Positions 1 through 12,541 of a DNA stretch of 64,000 bases are shown here, piece after piece; positions within the stretch are counted from its first letter, which is position 1; the number at the start of each line of letters is the position of its first letter. The stretch is taken from NCBI RefSeq assembly GCF_963921235.1, contig NC_086108.1, positions 58,530,001 through 58,594,000 on the forward strand. The letters run 5' to 3'. A program made the translations under genes and the position numbers. The notes beneath the pieces were generated by a model. The model was given only the letters and a program-made list of their open reading frames with translations, was not told the DNA's origin and did not search any database. This stretch comes from Mobula hypostoma. Lineage: Eukaryota.

Positions 1-397
1 GAACTATGCACCATTATTCCTAGATCCCTCTGTTCTAAAGCATTCTTTAATGATATCCAAGTAAGAATTTTGTATCCTATCAATAAATGCTATTATGAAA
101 ATATGGAATATAAAACATATTTAAACATTTTGATCTAATGACAAGTTTGGAAATACTTTGAAAACACAAGGGAAAGTAAAGCAAAAAGCAGAAAATAGAT
201 ACCAAAGTATATAAAAGTAATTACCACCACAAATCCAAGTCACATGAGATCAAGGAGAGAATTTTAAAAAATAATGGCAGAGATATTGAATAATCTGGAG
301 ATTTAAAAAAATGTTATTAAGAACTGATCATAAGCAACAGAACAACATACTGAAATAAGAACAGGAAAGGTTGGAAATACTTCGTCAATCAGGCAGC

Positions 398-2060
398 GTT
401 CCTAAATCTTTTTTTGATAAAGTTGACTCTAAAATTTCTTCATTTATTTGGCAGAATAAGAATCCGAGACTGGGTAAAATACATTTACAGAAAGCTAAGA
501 GAGATGGAGGTTTAGCATTACCTAACTTTAGATTTTATTATTGGGCTATTAATATTCGACATATGAAATTTTGGTTACTTGACCGGGACATACTATCTAT
601 TCCTAAATGGGTAGCATTGGAATTACAATCTGTTCAGGGTTATACACTTGGTTCTATTTTAGGTTCCTCTCTTCCTTTTGATTCGAAACGTCTTAAGCAG
701 GTCCCTAACCCGATAGTTAAATATGCTTTGCGCATTTGGTTTCAATTCAGAAAATTTTTTGATCTTAATCAATTCGGGTTAGCGATTCCTATTTTAGGTA
801 ACATATTTTTTCCTCCCTCTTTTACGGATCGCGCTTTTCAAACTTGGAAGACTAAGGGTATTTTACGGTTTTTGGATTTATTTTTAGATGGTTCCCTTAT
901 GTCTTTTGAACAATTATCTAATAAATATAACTTATCAAGAATACATTTTTTTAGATATTTACAAGTTAGAAATTTCCTAAGTACTATACTTTCTTCCTTT
1001 CCAATGCTTCCTCCTATATATATTTTAGATTCGATAATTAACCTTAATCCATGTCAGAAAGGTGCATCGGCTATGATTTATAATATTATTATGAAACTTA
1101 GGAAAGCTCCATTTGATAAGATTAGGGTAGATTGGGAACAGGAATTGGGGCTTACCATTTCTGTGGATGATTGGGGGCAGATTTTACAATTAGTTAATAC
1201 TTCCTCTATTTGTGCTAAACATTCCCTAATTCAATTTAAAGTGGTTCATAGAGCACATATGTCCAAAGATAAGCTAGCGCGTTTTTACTCGCATATTAAT
1301 CCTTTCTGTGATAGATGTTCGGGGCAGATAGCCTCTTTAACTCATATGTTTTGGTCTTGCCCTACTTTGGAAACTTTTTGGAGAGATATTTTCAATATTA
1401 TTTCTAAGGTATTAAATATAGATATCTCTCCTCACCCTATTACTGCTATCTTTGGACTACCTAAAATTTCTAGTAATCTTTCCCCTTCAGCCCGTAGAAT
1501 GATTGCATTTCTTACTTTAATGGCGAAAAGATGTATTTTACAACATTGGAAAGAGCTTAATGCTCCAACTACCTTTTTTTGGTTTTCTCAGACGATTTTA
1601 TGTTTGAATCTGGAGAAAATTAGAAGTAACCTTTATGATTCTTCATTTAAATTTGAACAGATTTGGGGACCTTTTATTCGATATTTTCATTTAATGTAAT
1701 ATTTACCCTTCTTGTTTTTTCTTCACTGTTTTAATGGAGGTCGGGATTGAAGACGTGATTTTAAGTTTAACTCTGTTTGGTTTCAAGTTAGCCCATTGCT
1801 TTGCTTTGCTTTTAGTTAGTTGCACGGTGGGTTTTTTTTTTGGGGTTTTTTTTTCTTTTTTTTTCCATTGATATATATAAAATCTAGTATACTATTATGT
1901 TATCTTGGTTTCTTATGCTTAAATTACATTGTTTGTAGTATTTTCTTTTTGGTATTGTTATCTTTTGGAATTTTATTATACTTTAACATTGTATTAATGT
2001 TTATATGGCTTACCTTTTTTGTATACTTACTCAATAAAAAGATTTAAAAAGAAAAGAAAG
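398..2060 (+). mobile_element. 5'-truncated L1/Tx1-clade LINE (ORF2 C-terminus, T-rich 3'UTR, A-rich tail)
   Basis: Uninterrupted ORF to 1699 with L1-type GGLALPNFRFYYWA and C-terminal zinc knuckle CDRC..LTHMFWSC. AATAAA plus A-rich tail at ~2033-2060. 11-bp TSD AATCAGGCAGC at 387-397 and 2061-2071. Confidence 0.92.
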
Positions 2061-2619
2061 AATCAGGCAGCATCTGTGGAAAGAGAGAATGTAGGTTGAG
2101 ACCCTTCATTAAATCTGGGAAAAGAGAGAAAATGAGTGCGTTGTAAATTGCATGGATAGAGTACGGGGGAGATAGGTTAATTTGTGACTGGCTGGAAATT
2201 AGGGTTATCTGGAAGATGTAGTACTTTCAACGGCCATTTAGGAGAGGGAACTGAATGTTTGTACATTTAAGCTGAATTTTCCATTGAATTTGAAATTCAC
2301 CTGCATTTAAATGTCCTTTGTTATTTGATACAGCTATTGAAATATAAGCAAAAATACTGAGTTTGTTTGTAGAGCCATCAAATAAATGAGAAAACAAAGA
2401 TAATGTTATGCTTATGTAGAATCTAGGATTCCCCTCCTGTGTGCAATTCTGGCCTCAGTGGGTCGGAAGGAATTGGATGTACAAGGAAGTCCATTTAATA
2501 TACATCTCAATTTGATATTTTGAATAGCAAGTACTAAAATGGAGTAAGGTCAACTTTTCCAGTGTTTTATAAAAATAACAGTATCAAGTTTTGATATAGG
2601 TTTGTTAATTGTGTTGCAG

Positions 2620-2772
2620 CTATCGGTGCTGTTCCATCTCCATTTGACTGTTTTTTGTGCAACCGTGGCTTAAAGACATTATCCCTTCGAATGAGGCAAC
2701 ACTTCAAGAATGCACTGGCTGTAGCCCAATTTTTGGAAGCAGATCCTCGAGTGGAGAAGGTCTTTTTCCCAG
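2620..2772 (+). CDS. CTH: Cystathionine gamma-lyase, internal exon (153 bp; IGAVPSPFDCFLCNRGLKTL...EKVFFPG)
   Basis: AG acceptor 2618-2619, GT donor 2773. Translation matches the GAVPSP-DC-LCNRGLKTL motif of vertebrate CTH. Confidence 0.95.
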
Positions 2773-3306
2773 GTGGGTTATATGAAACTTATTTTACTCT
2801 AGATATAGGAAGATAACTTGGAAGAGGTAGCAGATTCTCAATTTTTGTTGAATTATTAATAATTCCCTCTTAATAACAATTGTGACTTTAAAACTCATTT
2901 GTAACTATCAGGAATCATTTTGTATATTGTGAAATATTGGAAGATGACAATCAATGCATCTACTATTTTCTTATTGCCTTTTAGTACTCTGGGATGCAGA
3001 TTTAAGTGCTGGCAACTTTAGCTTTCAGCAGCATTAATTTTTTACTGATATTTGTTTCCTTAACTTCTCTCTTTCATAAGAATCTTGGTTCCCAAACGTT
3101 TCTGGGAAGTTTTGTGTACTTGTTTATGAATGGAGAACAATAAAAACAACGATTTTGTTCTGCATTGCCTTTGTTCCCCATTATAAATGCTTATGTTTCT
3201 TATGTTAAGTGTAAAAGACTTGCATATATTTTAACTTCTATTTTTAAGCATTTGCAGGAGCTTTGACAGTGAACTTCTATGTTGCACACAAGTTTACCCT
3301 CTAGAT

Positions 3307-5508
3307 CAGGAATTCCCAACCTTTTTTATGCCACGGACCCCTATCACTTCTCTGTACTCTGTCAAGGCAAGTGAGACTGAGCCTGCAGCAACCCAAAGCC
3401 ACAGGTCCCAAGGAGAAGGTAGACTGGAAGGCATTCTCCTCACAACCTATTCTTCAAGCCCAGTACACAGTGGAGGTGAGAATTCACTTCGGCCCACTGG
3501 AAAGGGAGGAGGAAGAGATTGCCACCGACCGCTATCAACGGCTCACAGACACACACACAGATGCAACAAAAAGTTTGCCTACTGTGAAGCGAATCAAGAA
3601 GAGCCAGATCTCGAAACATCCTGACGTTGTCGCAGCAAGAAGTATGGTCAATGCTTGTCATACCAAACTTAGAAGGAGCGAAACAGAAGAGCTAAGACAG
3701 CAAAGAAGAATCTCTTTGCCACTTACGACCAACTGAAGGAAGCGGAACTAGCTGAGAGGATCAGAGAGGTAGAGGCTGCTAATGAAGACAAGCAGCATGG
3801 AGAAGCATGGTGCCTAGTCAATGAGATCAGTAGACAGAAGAAGTCCTCATCAGGTCAGATAAGTGGTAAAACAGCTGAGGACTGTGTCCAGATTTGGTCT
3901 ACCCACTTTAAGAACTTGCTGGGAAGTCCACCAGTGATCACGGAAGAAGAAGAGGATATACCCATGGTACTAATGCAAGTCGACATCGATGACGGCCCAT
4001 TCACCATTGAGGAACTGAGAAAGGCCAAATATGCACTCAAACAGGGCAGGAGCGCTGGACCAGATGGGATACCACCAGATGTCCTGAAGAACTGTGAGCT
4101 GGACGACATCTTGCTGGACATATGTAATACGGCACTGATGAAAGGCGACAAACCAGAACAGTGGTCACTCTCAAATATTATCCCAGTCCCCAAGTCTGGA
4201 TCCCTCACGAAGACAGATATATCAGCTTGACCTGCATCTTAGCAAAGCTATACAATCAGATGATCTTGAACAGGATTTACACCGCCATTTACCCTAAGCT
4301 AAGATTCAATCAGAATGGTTTTCGGCAGAAGCACACAACAGTAATACAAATACTTGCTCTCAGTAGAATCACCGAGGAAGTCAAGAGTAACAGCCTACCA
4401 GCCACGCTTACTTACATCGATTTTCACAAAGCTTTTGACTCCATTCACCGAGGTAAAATACTGAAGATCCTGAAAGCTTACAGAGTGCCAAACCATCTAC
4501 TGAGAGCAATAGAGTCCAGCTATACCAAAACCAAGGCGAAAGTTATATCACCAGATGGAGAAACAGCAGTGTTTGAGCTCTTAGCTGGTGTGCTGTAAGG
4601 AGACACTCTGGCACCATATATCTTTATAACCATCCTTGATTACACTCTGCGTCAAGCCACCAAAGATCATGACAAGCTTGGTTTTACCATAAAACCAGGA
4701 CGAACCAAAAGGGTCAGACCAGTTACGCTCACTGATCTCGATTTTGCAGATGACATAGTCCTGCTCTCTGACCAGATGGAGGAAGCACAGCAGCTACTGA
4801 CAAAAGTGGAAATTGAGTGCAATAAAGTTGGACATCACCTAAACACTAAAAAGATAGAGTACATGGCGTTTAACTGTGACGAAGGTACTCTCAAGACCGT
4901 AAAGAATGATGAGTTCGGAGAAGGACATAAAGATATGGAAGGCGCTGGTGTGGAGGGCTATGAATGACATGAAGGAAATCTGGAAGTCGAACCTGACCAG
5001 AGGGCTTAAAAAGAGGATCGTCATAGAGTCCATTCTCATGTACGGATGTGAGACGTGCACACTCACCAAGACGATGCGGAAGTCTCTAGATTGTTGCTAT
5101 ACACGAATGCTCCGGATGGCTCTTGACGTGAGTTGGCAACAGCACATGACGAACATCGAGCTCTATGACGACCTACCGATGCTCACCACTAAAATTGAGG
5201 CGAGACGACTGCAACTAGCGGGGCACTGTCTACGCCACCCCGCGCTATCTGCCAGCCTGGTCATCATATGGGAGGATGAACCTTGGCGCCCTCCCAAGAC
5301 TATGGGCAACACGCTCCTAGAAGACAGCAGCGCGGCTAACGTAGATGAACTGAACACACTGATGAGGGAGAGGGAGAAGTGGAGAGTCCATCATCGTGCC
5401 CGACGCCGGCCCCTGGGCCTGAGTCGATGTCATAGTAGTAGTAGTAGTGATAGTAGTAGACCCTACCATTAACTGAGGGCTCTGTGGACCCTAGGCTGGG
5501 AACTACTG
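3307..5508. mobile_element. Short hAT (Charlie-like) MITE split by an RTE insertion
   Basis: CAG...CTG termini (CAGGAATTCCCAACCT / AGGCTGGGAACTACTG) and an 8-bp TSD CTCTAGAT at 3299-3306 and 5509-5516. Confidence 0.8.
3347..5458 (+). mobile_element. 5'-truncated RTE-clade LINE, frameshifted
   Basis: RT fragments (SAGPDGIPP, QNGFRQ, IDFHKAFDSIHR, DFADD at ~4738), ILMYGCETCTL C-terminal region, (TAG)n tail 5433-5458, approximate TSD GACCCCTATCA/GACCCTACCA. Confidence 0.9.
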
Positions 5509-6279
5509 CTCTAGATCCTTTCTGCATGGATCTAAATCTGGGTCTGCTGCTGCTTCTGGCAACTCTGTGTGCCTTCTCTTTGGATCTAATACTATCATTT
5601 TTCCATAATGGTGAGGTGGCTATTCCTTTTTTAGGTTTTGCTTCAGAAGAGAATGTGTAACTGTTAATTGTCCATGATTTGCCCTTTGAATGAAGCTCCC
5701 CACAAATATTTTGCTGAAATATAGGACCTTAATTTTAGATCAACTTTTCCATCACAGTAAGGTTGTACAGCATTTTTTTTTTGCAGAAGCAACTGGCCCT
5801 ACTAAAATTTGACTTCTGTGTTTTTCCCTCAGTTATTTGTTTCACTCTAAATGCATTATTGATATAAAAGTGTCTATATAGGAATGCCTAATCCATTTTA
5901 TAAATACAGTAAAAATCTGCTATTGGACTATGTGAAAATTATGATAGTTTAGCATCTGACTCATCTGCTAAGTAATTGTCACACAACCTTCTCACATAAC
6001 AGGGGCCCTTATTCATTTGCTCCCTCCAACACAGAAGGGACACAATTCACCTCAATCCTTTCAATTTAGTGTGGCCCTGATTCGTGTGCTCTCTTTCAAA
6101 TGATCTGGGTTACGGGAAACTTTATCATCATTTGGAGCTGGTGTACGGTTTCTACTCAATGACTCCAGACTCTGAAGGGTAGATTGCAATATTCTCAAAC
6201 TGCAGAATATGGTACTCAAAAGCTGCTGGAAGTACTTTAAAAATGCTTCACATTTTCAGTAAATGTGCTTCCTTTTCAG

Positions 6280-6401
6280 GTCTCCCTTCCCATCCGCAAT
6301 ACAAGGTGACAAAACAGCAGTGCACTGGAACTTCAGGCATGATTGCTTTCTTAATTAAAGGAAACCTGGAAAATGCCAAGATATTCCTTGAAAATCTAAA
6401 A
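6280..6401 (+). CDS. CTH: Cystathionine gamma-lyase, internal exon (122 bp; GLPSHPQY...GMIAFLIKG...FLENLK)
   Basis: ccttttcAG acceptor, GTAAGG donor, phase compatible with the previous exon, GLPSHPQ motif. Confidence 0.95.
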
Positions 6402-6702
6402 GTAAGGACTGCTAAAACCTAGTCCACTTTAAAAAAAATACATTTTACCTAGGTTGTTAATGTTGGGTGAGAAGATTTCTTAAAAATATTTCTTTCTAGC
6501 CTTTTAAATATTGAAATATACCCTTAACTATGTTAAATGCAAGTTAAAATTGGTAATGTCTGATTGGTAAACGTTCCCATTCACTGAAGGAAAGCAACTA
6601 ATAAATTAAAACACAAAATAATTTGCAGATTCTGGGGTCAAAGCAACACTCAAAACACGCTGGAGGAACTCAGCAGGTCGAGCAGCATCAGTGGAAAAGA
6701 TC

Positions 6703-6739
6703 GGTCGACGTTTTGGGCCAGAACCCTTCGTCAGGACTG
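6703..6739 (-). ncRNA. Penelope-associated minimal hammerhead ribozyme, degenerate (GAAA box reads AAAA)
   Basis: Reverse complement CAGTC-CTGACGA-AGGGTTCTGGCCC-AAAA-CGTC-GACC. Confidence 0.65.
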
Positions 6740-8155
6740 TAGGGGGAAGGGGCAGAGGCCCTATAAAGAAGGTGGGGGGAGTGTGGGAAGGAGAAGGCTG
6801 GTAGGTTCCAGGTGAAAAACCAGTAAGGGGAAAGATAAAGGGGTGACATAGGGATAGGGGAAGGGAGGGGGTGGGAATTACCGCAAGTTGGAGAATTCTA
6901 TGTTCATACCAAGGGGCTGGAGACTACCTAGATGGTATATGAGGTGTTGCTCCTCCAACCTGAGTTTAGCCTCATCATGGCAGTAGAGGAGAGGCCATGT
7001 ATGGACATATCTGAATGGGAGTGGGAAGCAGAGTTGAAGTGGGTGGCTACTGGGAGATCCTGTCTGTTTTGGCGGACGGAGCGGAGGTGCTCGACGAAGC
7101 GGTCCCCCAATCTGCATTGGGTTTCACCGATGTAGAGGAGGCCGCACCGGGAGCACCGGATGCAATAGATGACCCCAACAGACTCAGAAGTGAAGTGTTG
7201 CCTCACTTGGAAGTACTGTTTGGGACTCTGAATGGTGGCAAGAGAGGAGGTGTAGGGACAGGTGTAGCACTTGCGCTTACAGGGATAAGTGCCGGGTGGG
7301 AGATCCGTGGGGAGGGATGTGCGGACCAGGGAGTCGCGGAGGTGGAAGTTCCGCCACCTTCAACAGGACCCCACCACTAAGCTCATCTTTCCCTCTCCAC
7401 CCCTCTCCGCCTTCCGCAGGGATCGGTCCCTCCGCGACTCCCTGGTCCACACGTCCCTCCCCACGGATCTCCCATCTGGCACTTATCACTGTAAGCGCAA
7501 GTGCTACACCTGTCCCTACACCTCCTCTCTTGCCACCATTCAGGGCACCAAACAGTCCTTCCAAGTGAGGCAACACTTCACTTCTGAGTCTGTTGGGGTC
7601 ATCTATTGCATCCGGTGCTCCCGGTGCGGCCTCCTCTACATCGGTGAAACCCGACGCAGATTGGGGGACCGCTTCATCGAGCACCTCTACTCCGTCCGCC
7701 ACAACAGACAGGATCTCCCAGCAGCCACCCACTTCAACTCTGCTTCCCACTCCCATTCAGATATGACCATACATGGCCTCCTCTACTGCCATGATGAGGC
7801 TAAACTCAGGTTGGAGGAGCAACACCTCATATACCGTCCAGGTAGTCTCCAACCCCTTGGTATGAACATAGAATTCTCCAACTTGCGGTAATTCCCTCCC
7901 CCTCCCTTCCCCTATCTCTATGTCACTCTGCCCCCTCCCCCAGCTGCCTACCTTCTCCCTCTTGGTTCCGCCTCCTTCTACTACCCATTGTGTTTTCCAC
8001 TATTCTTTCTTCACCTTTCCTGCCTATCATCTCCCTGTTTCCCCTCCCCCACCCCTTTATCTTTCCCCTTACTGGTTTTTCTCCTGGAACCTACCAGCCT
8101 TCTCCTTCCCACCCTCCCCCCACCTTCTTTATAGGGCCTCTGCCCCTTCCCCCTA

Positions 8156-8193
8156 CAGTCCTGACAAAGGGTTCCAGCCCGAAATGTCGACTG
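8156..8193 (+). ncRNA. Penelope-associated minimal hammerhead ribozyme, degenerate (CTGACAA; GAAATGTC)
   Basis: CAGTC-CTGACAA-AGGGTTCCAGCCC-GAAA-TGTC-GACTG; stem I CAGTC/GACTG intact. Confidence 0.65.
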
Positions 8194-8533
8194 ATCTTTT
8201 CCACTGATGCTGCCCGACCTGCTGAGTTCCTCCAGCGTGTTGTGAGTGTTAATAAATTAAAATGTGGTTTCTAGATCTTCTAAAACAAAGTCTGTCACTG
8301 TAAATGTATTACTGAAATCTCTCAAAAATGACATTTTTGACATTGAAAACTTGAGAAATTCTTAACTGATGAAAAGGCTTAGTTTTAAAAAAGCATATTA
8401 TTGAACAGAGAACAATATAGCATCGTTCATTGTCTGTCCTTGCACTCTTTGTAAATAAGTAGCTTTTGGTTTCCAGTAGGGAATGTTCTGTACTGTATGA
8501 CTCACATGGTTTTTTTTAACCTATGCCTTTTAG

Positions 8534-8586
8534 CTGTTTTGTCTTGCCGAGAGTTTGGGAGGATATGAAAGCCTAGCTGATCATCC
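8534..8586 (+). CDS. CTH: Cystathionine gamma-lyase, internal exon (53 bp; LFCLAESLGGYESLADHP)
   Basis: ttttAG acceptor, GTAAG donor, LAESLGG.ESL signature of Cys/Met-metabolism PLP enzymes. Confidence 0.95.
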
Positions 8587-10205
8587 GTAAGATTTTTTTC
8601 CTTCCATTTCTTAAGCTGATTGAAAGCTAACAAACTTTACTTGGTTCATTTATTCAATAAGACAGAGAGAATCATTTTATCCTGGCTGTTTCAATTTATA
8701 TTTAGAAAAACATTCAATATAATCGTAAATATGTGGTCTCAATGTGCAAAAGGAAATCGGGGAAGAGTTCATTTTTTTAAATCAATAGTTTGTCAGTTGA
8801 AGATTCAGAATAAATATTTTTTTAACTTGACGCAGTAATTTTTATGACTAATTTAGATACCTAGTTTCGTTAGGCAGCTTTGCCAGTGTTATTCAGGATG
8901 GAGTTGAGAACCTAGCAGCAGTTTCAGCTGGTTAAAGGACAATTAAATATAGTAAGTCACAGTTTACGAAACAGTAATTAGCAGGTATAGAGTAAAAATT
9001 GTAAGTTTAAAACAATGCTGAAAATATTCAAGAGAGTTGGGCAGCATCTGGATAGAGAAATGTAATATAGAAGTGTTTATTTTACCATCTAATGCTAGAA
9101 TTCCAAAGAAATAAATTCAGTGCACTAAGGTCATGGCAATAAACTGGCCATTACTGAAATAAGGTTTGAAGATGGCCAGATTGGCTGTTTCTTTATGTCA
9201 GGATCTCAGACCATGGAAGGGAAGTTTGAAAAAAAGGAACTGTGCAGCAATATGGATTAAACAAAGCATGCCAATCGTGAAGAGGATTCAGTGGCTTGAA
9301 AGATCAACCAATAGAACCATGTAGATTGAACTTCGGAACAAAAAAAAAGTAGTATTTGCATAGGTGGAAGTATATTTTAGGCTCCCAGTCAGAGGAGCAT
9401 GTCATAAGAAATACATTGCTAACTAAAAAAGTAATAAAGCAGTAACAGTAAAGTAATTCAGATAACCTAACAAAGTCTGGGACAGAAGTAGAGAAGTTGC
9501 TTTCAAAAAGCATTCAAACTATTAAAATCAGTATGTAACCAGTCCAAACAGAAAGGTAGGAAACTGAACTAGTTTTGGGAAGTGAAGCTGCATCAGTAGA
9601 AAGGTCACTCTAGGAGGGCATTTTGAAGATGCAGACATAAGTTAACATTGATCTATTTTTAGCAAAGAGCGAAGTTAGTTTAGGGATAAATGTTCTAAAA
9701 TGGACTAAGACCGGTTTCATCTGACTGAGATACAGGGCTTCAGAAGTGAATTTGTAACAGCTACTTCAGAGTTACTCAGTGTACTACTATGCAAGAAGTT
9801 GGAGAAGAAAGAAGTATTTCAGACCAAAATGTTCCCTTTGAAAGATTCTTCTGGATCTTTATTAACCATGGATGTCAAGAGCAAGGTAGAACTGCACGAA
9901 CTAAGTCAATTAGAGTTGCAGTTTAGTGTACAGTTTTGGCCATGACGCTGTGATAACACAAATGCAGAGGAGATCTGAGGACATTCTGATCTAGATAGTG
10001 TTAAATACTGTTCTTGATCAATATTTGGTATTTCATTCTGAAATAGATGAAGAACTTGCTTGACTTTGGGTATATGGGAAAGTGATAATGGTTGTTGTAA
10101 ATATAAGTACTGTATTTACAGATTGGATCTTAATATTATTGTATATTTTGACAGAATTTATCCTTAACAAAATGGTACAACACAATGAACTGTATTCTTT
10201 CTTAG

Positions 10206-10344
10206 AGCAATCATGACGCACGCATCCATCCCAAAGGAGGAGCGCAAGGCATTGGGGATCAGTGATACTCTAATCAGATTATCTGTTGGTTTGGAAGATG
10301 TAACAGATATCATTGAAGATCTCGATAAAGCTTTAAAAGCTGCA
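10206..10344 (+). CDS. CTH: Cystathionine gamma-lyase, penultimate exon (139 bp; AIMTHASIP...LIRLSVGLED..DIIEDLDKALKAA)
   Basis: ttcttAG acceptor, GTAAG donor, MTHAS and IRLSVGLED motifs. Confidence 0.96.
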
Positions 10345-10943
10345 GTAAGAAAACAAGTATAATTTTAATAAGGAAACAGTTATTTGTTGTTACATTAGAC
10401 TTGGATATTTTATCAGAAAAGAAGATGCAAGTTTCCCTCCCTTTAATAGAACTTGGCATGCTTACATTCTGTTCTCCTTCCCCACAACGCATTCAGTACT
10501 GATGTTGTTATGAACCAGACTCAGGTGGGAAGGACAGTCGTAGAAATTCTTTCTTAGGTGTCCTAGGGGTGCATTTCTGATGACCATGCAGAATAATGCT
10601 TCGAATATAAATCCAGGGAGATGGTGTAAATTTTTCAAATAAGAGCAACATCTCTGGTTAAGGCTATCAGAGATGTATATACTTCTACAATATTGTATAG
10701 AAAATGATAAGGATCGTATGTAAACAATCACATTAAGATTGAACTCTTTTGCTCTCTTATCATTTTAGAGATGGGATAGTATTATTAGTTTAGTAGGCTA
10801 CCAAAGTGAAGAATCACAATTAAAAAGGTAGCCTTGAGAAAGTAGATTTTAGTTGAACAATGCAGATTCTGGCAAAATCAAAGATAAAGGAATTTCACGG
10901 GTAAATATGTTTGAGAAGTCAAGAGCTAGAGAGAGAAGATTGA

Positions 10944-11393
10944 AGGCTGATTTATACTTGTGCGTCAAATGTACACTGTAGGTACCGCATACCCTACGCT
11001 GTAGGGTGATGTGTACCTCCCCAAAAATGTAACTCACGTGTCGCGGCGACGCAGACCGCAACAACTGTGATTGGTCCGCTTGGTAGCATTGCATTTCCGG
11101 TTGCTTTTCTCCGCCGTGTCTGTACACTGATGCGAAATAAATGGTTGGAGACGATGAACCAAATCGTCAAATCTACCTGCCGACATCCGAAAATATTTGA
11201 AATGCATTTCCTCGTCCATGTCTCTCATGAAGAAACTCAACACAGTGGCATAGAAACCCCGCCAATTAGCGTTTTGGTGGTGAATTGCAGAGCGACGTAG
11301 ATAAAACTACGCATGCTCGCTACGGCATAGGGCTAGGCAAAAGTATAAATCAGACCTACGGCGTAGACCTTTAGCACGAGTATAAATCAGCCT
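10944..11393 (-). mobile_element. PIF/Harbinger non-autonomous deletion derivative
   Basis: 20-bp TIRs AGGCTGATTTATACTTGTGC / GCACGAGTATAAATCAGCCT, 3-bp TSD TGA, and a remnant Harbinger transposase N-terminus ([15 protein letters not shown]) on the minus strand. Confidence 0.88.
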
Positions 11394-11636
11394 TGAATGT
11401 GAGACAATGAGAACAGAAGCCAGAGACTGGAATTCAGTTGCACAATTGGTCATCGAGGCAGAAGCTGTCAGCTTCAAGGTTAAATCAGAAAGGTAAACAA
11501 GGGGGGACTGAAAGACTAGAATGGGTACATTGCTCCATCTTTTCTCTAGAATGGGGATTATATCAACATGGATTGGCTATATCTGTAGCCAGTTTACCAC
11601 CTGCAGAATGGCATAGAAGTAGTTTTGCCACAAGCA

Positions 11637-11860
11637 AACATGAGGAAATCTGCAGATGCTGGAATTTCAAGCAACACAGGTAAAAGTTGCTGGTGAACGC
11701 AGCAGGCCAGGCAGCATCTCTAGGAAGAGGTACAGTCGACGTTTCGGGCCGAGACCCTTCATCAGGACCCTTTGTCTCAGCTGGAAACGTCGACTGTACC
11801 TCTCCCTAGAGATGCTGCCTGGCCTGCTGCGTTCACCAGCAACTTTTATGTGTGTTGCTG
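11637..11860. mobile_element. Miniature inverted Penelope terminus (fold-back) insertion
   Basis: ~75-bp inverted arms (11670-11745 / 11784-11858) and 10-bp TSD GCCACAAGCA at 11627-11636 and 11861-11870. Confidence 0.88.
11735..11768 (-). ncRNA. Minimal hammerhead ribozyme, intact core
   Basis: Reverse complement GTC-CTGATGA-AGGGTCTCGGCCC-GAAA-CGTC-GAC. Confidence 0.8.
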
Positions 11861-12126
11861 GCCACAAGCAGGAGTTTTCAGGACTTGTATATTTTTGCCT
11901 ATTATTATACCCTCTTATTAGTCAATGGTCTGTTTTAGCTTATTGATATTTGTCATAATCATCAGACTCCCTTCCCCTAAAATAAAAAGCATCAGCTTCC
12001 ACCCCCCAACCATATTCTGCCTGTGAATTAGCCATTTATATTTAGAAGTAGGCAAGTACAGTTTTTTTTCAAATAAAAAGTATGGAAAGAAGAATTTCAC
12101 TTACCTTTGTTAATTTACTTCTCTAG

Positions 12127-12156
12127 CATCCAGATGTGGAAACACCTGCCAAATAA
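12127..12156 (+). CDS. CTH: Cystathionine gamma-lyase, terminal coding exon (HPDVETPAK*)
   Basis: Pyrimidine-rich acceptor ttacttctctAG, phase 0, begins HP like the human CTH tail (AAHP...), TAA stop. Confidence 0.85.
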   Translation, partial: HPDVETPAK

Positions 12157-12541
12157 ATTAAGCTGGGAGTGTCCTTTGGAAGAAACATCAAGAGATTAGA
12201 AAAATTTTGAATCAATTTAAATGCAGCCTCTCAAGATGTTTTGATCTGATTGTATACAGTGAATAATAAGTGTACATTTTTGAAATTGTGACTTTGAAAA
12301 AATTAATTGGGACACTTTGGGACAAGTACATTTTGGCCCAGAAGTGGCTGCCTCAGTAAGATTAAGGTTCATTAAAATAGTTTAAAATATATATTAAAAA
12401 AAAGACAAATTGAGTAACAAATTATGTGTTTAAGTGAAATGCAGAAGAAATTAGAACACTGTCAATACTATTACAGTACTATAAAACTCTATTAGTTCTT
12501 AATAGTTAATGGCAGGAACTCAAGTGAATGCTGCCATGTTT

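Larger units (their letters stand above)
6612..8250. mobile_element. Penelope-like element, inverted two-arm insertion (minus arm ~6612-7340, plus arm ~7345-8250)
   Basis: GIY-YIG endonuclease (GVIYCIRCSRCGLLYIGETRRRLGDRF) on both strands. 12-bp TSD AATAAATTAAAA at 6600-6611 and 8251-8262. Confidence 0.92.

Noticed and set aside
371..1699. 442-aa ORF as a host gene
   Set aside because: It is the C-terminal part of a LINE ORF2; the listed start is a TTG in flanking DNA upstream of the TSD.
1820..2047. Hydrophobic 75-aa ORF resembling a membrane protein
   Set aside because: Translation of the T-rich LINE 3'UTR.
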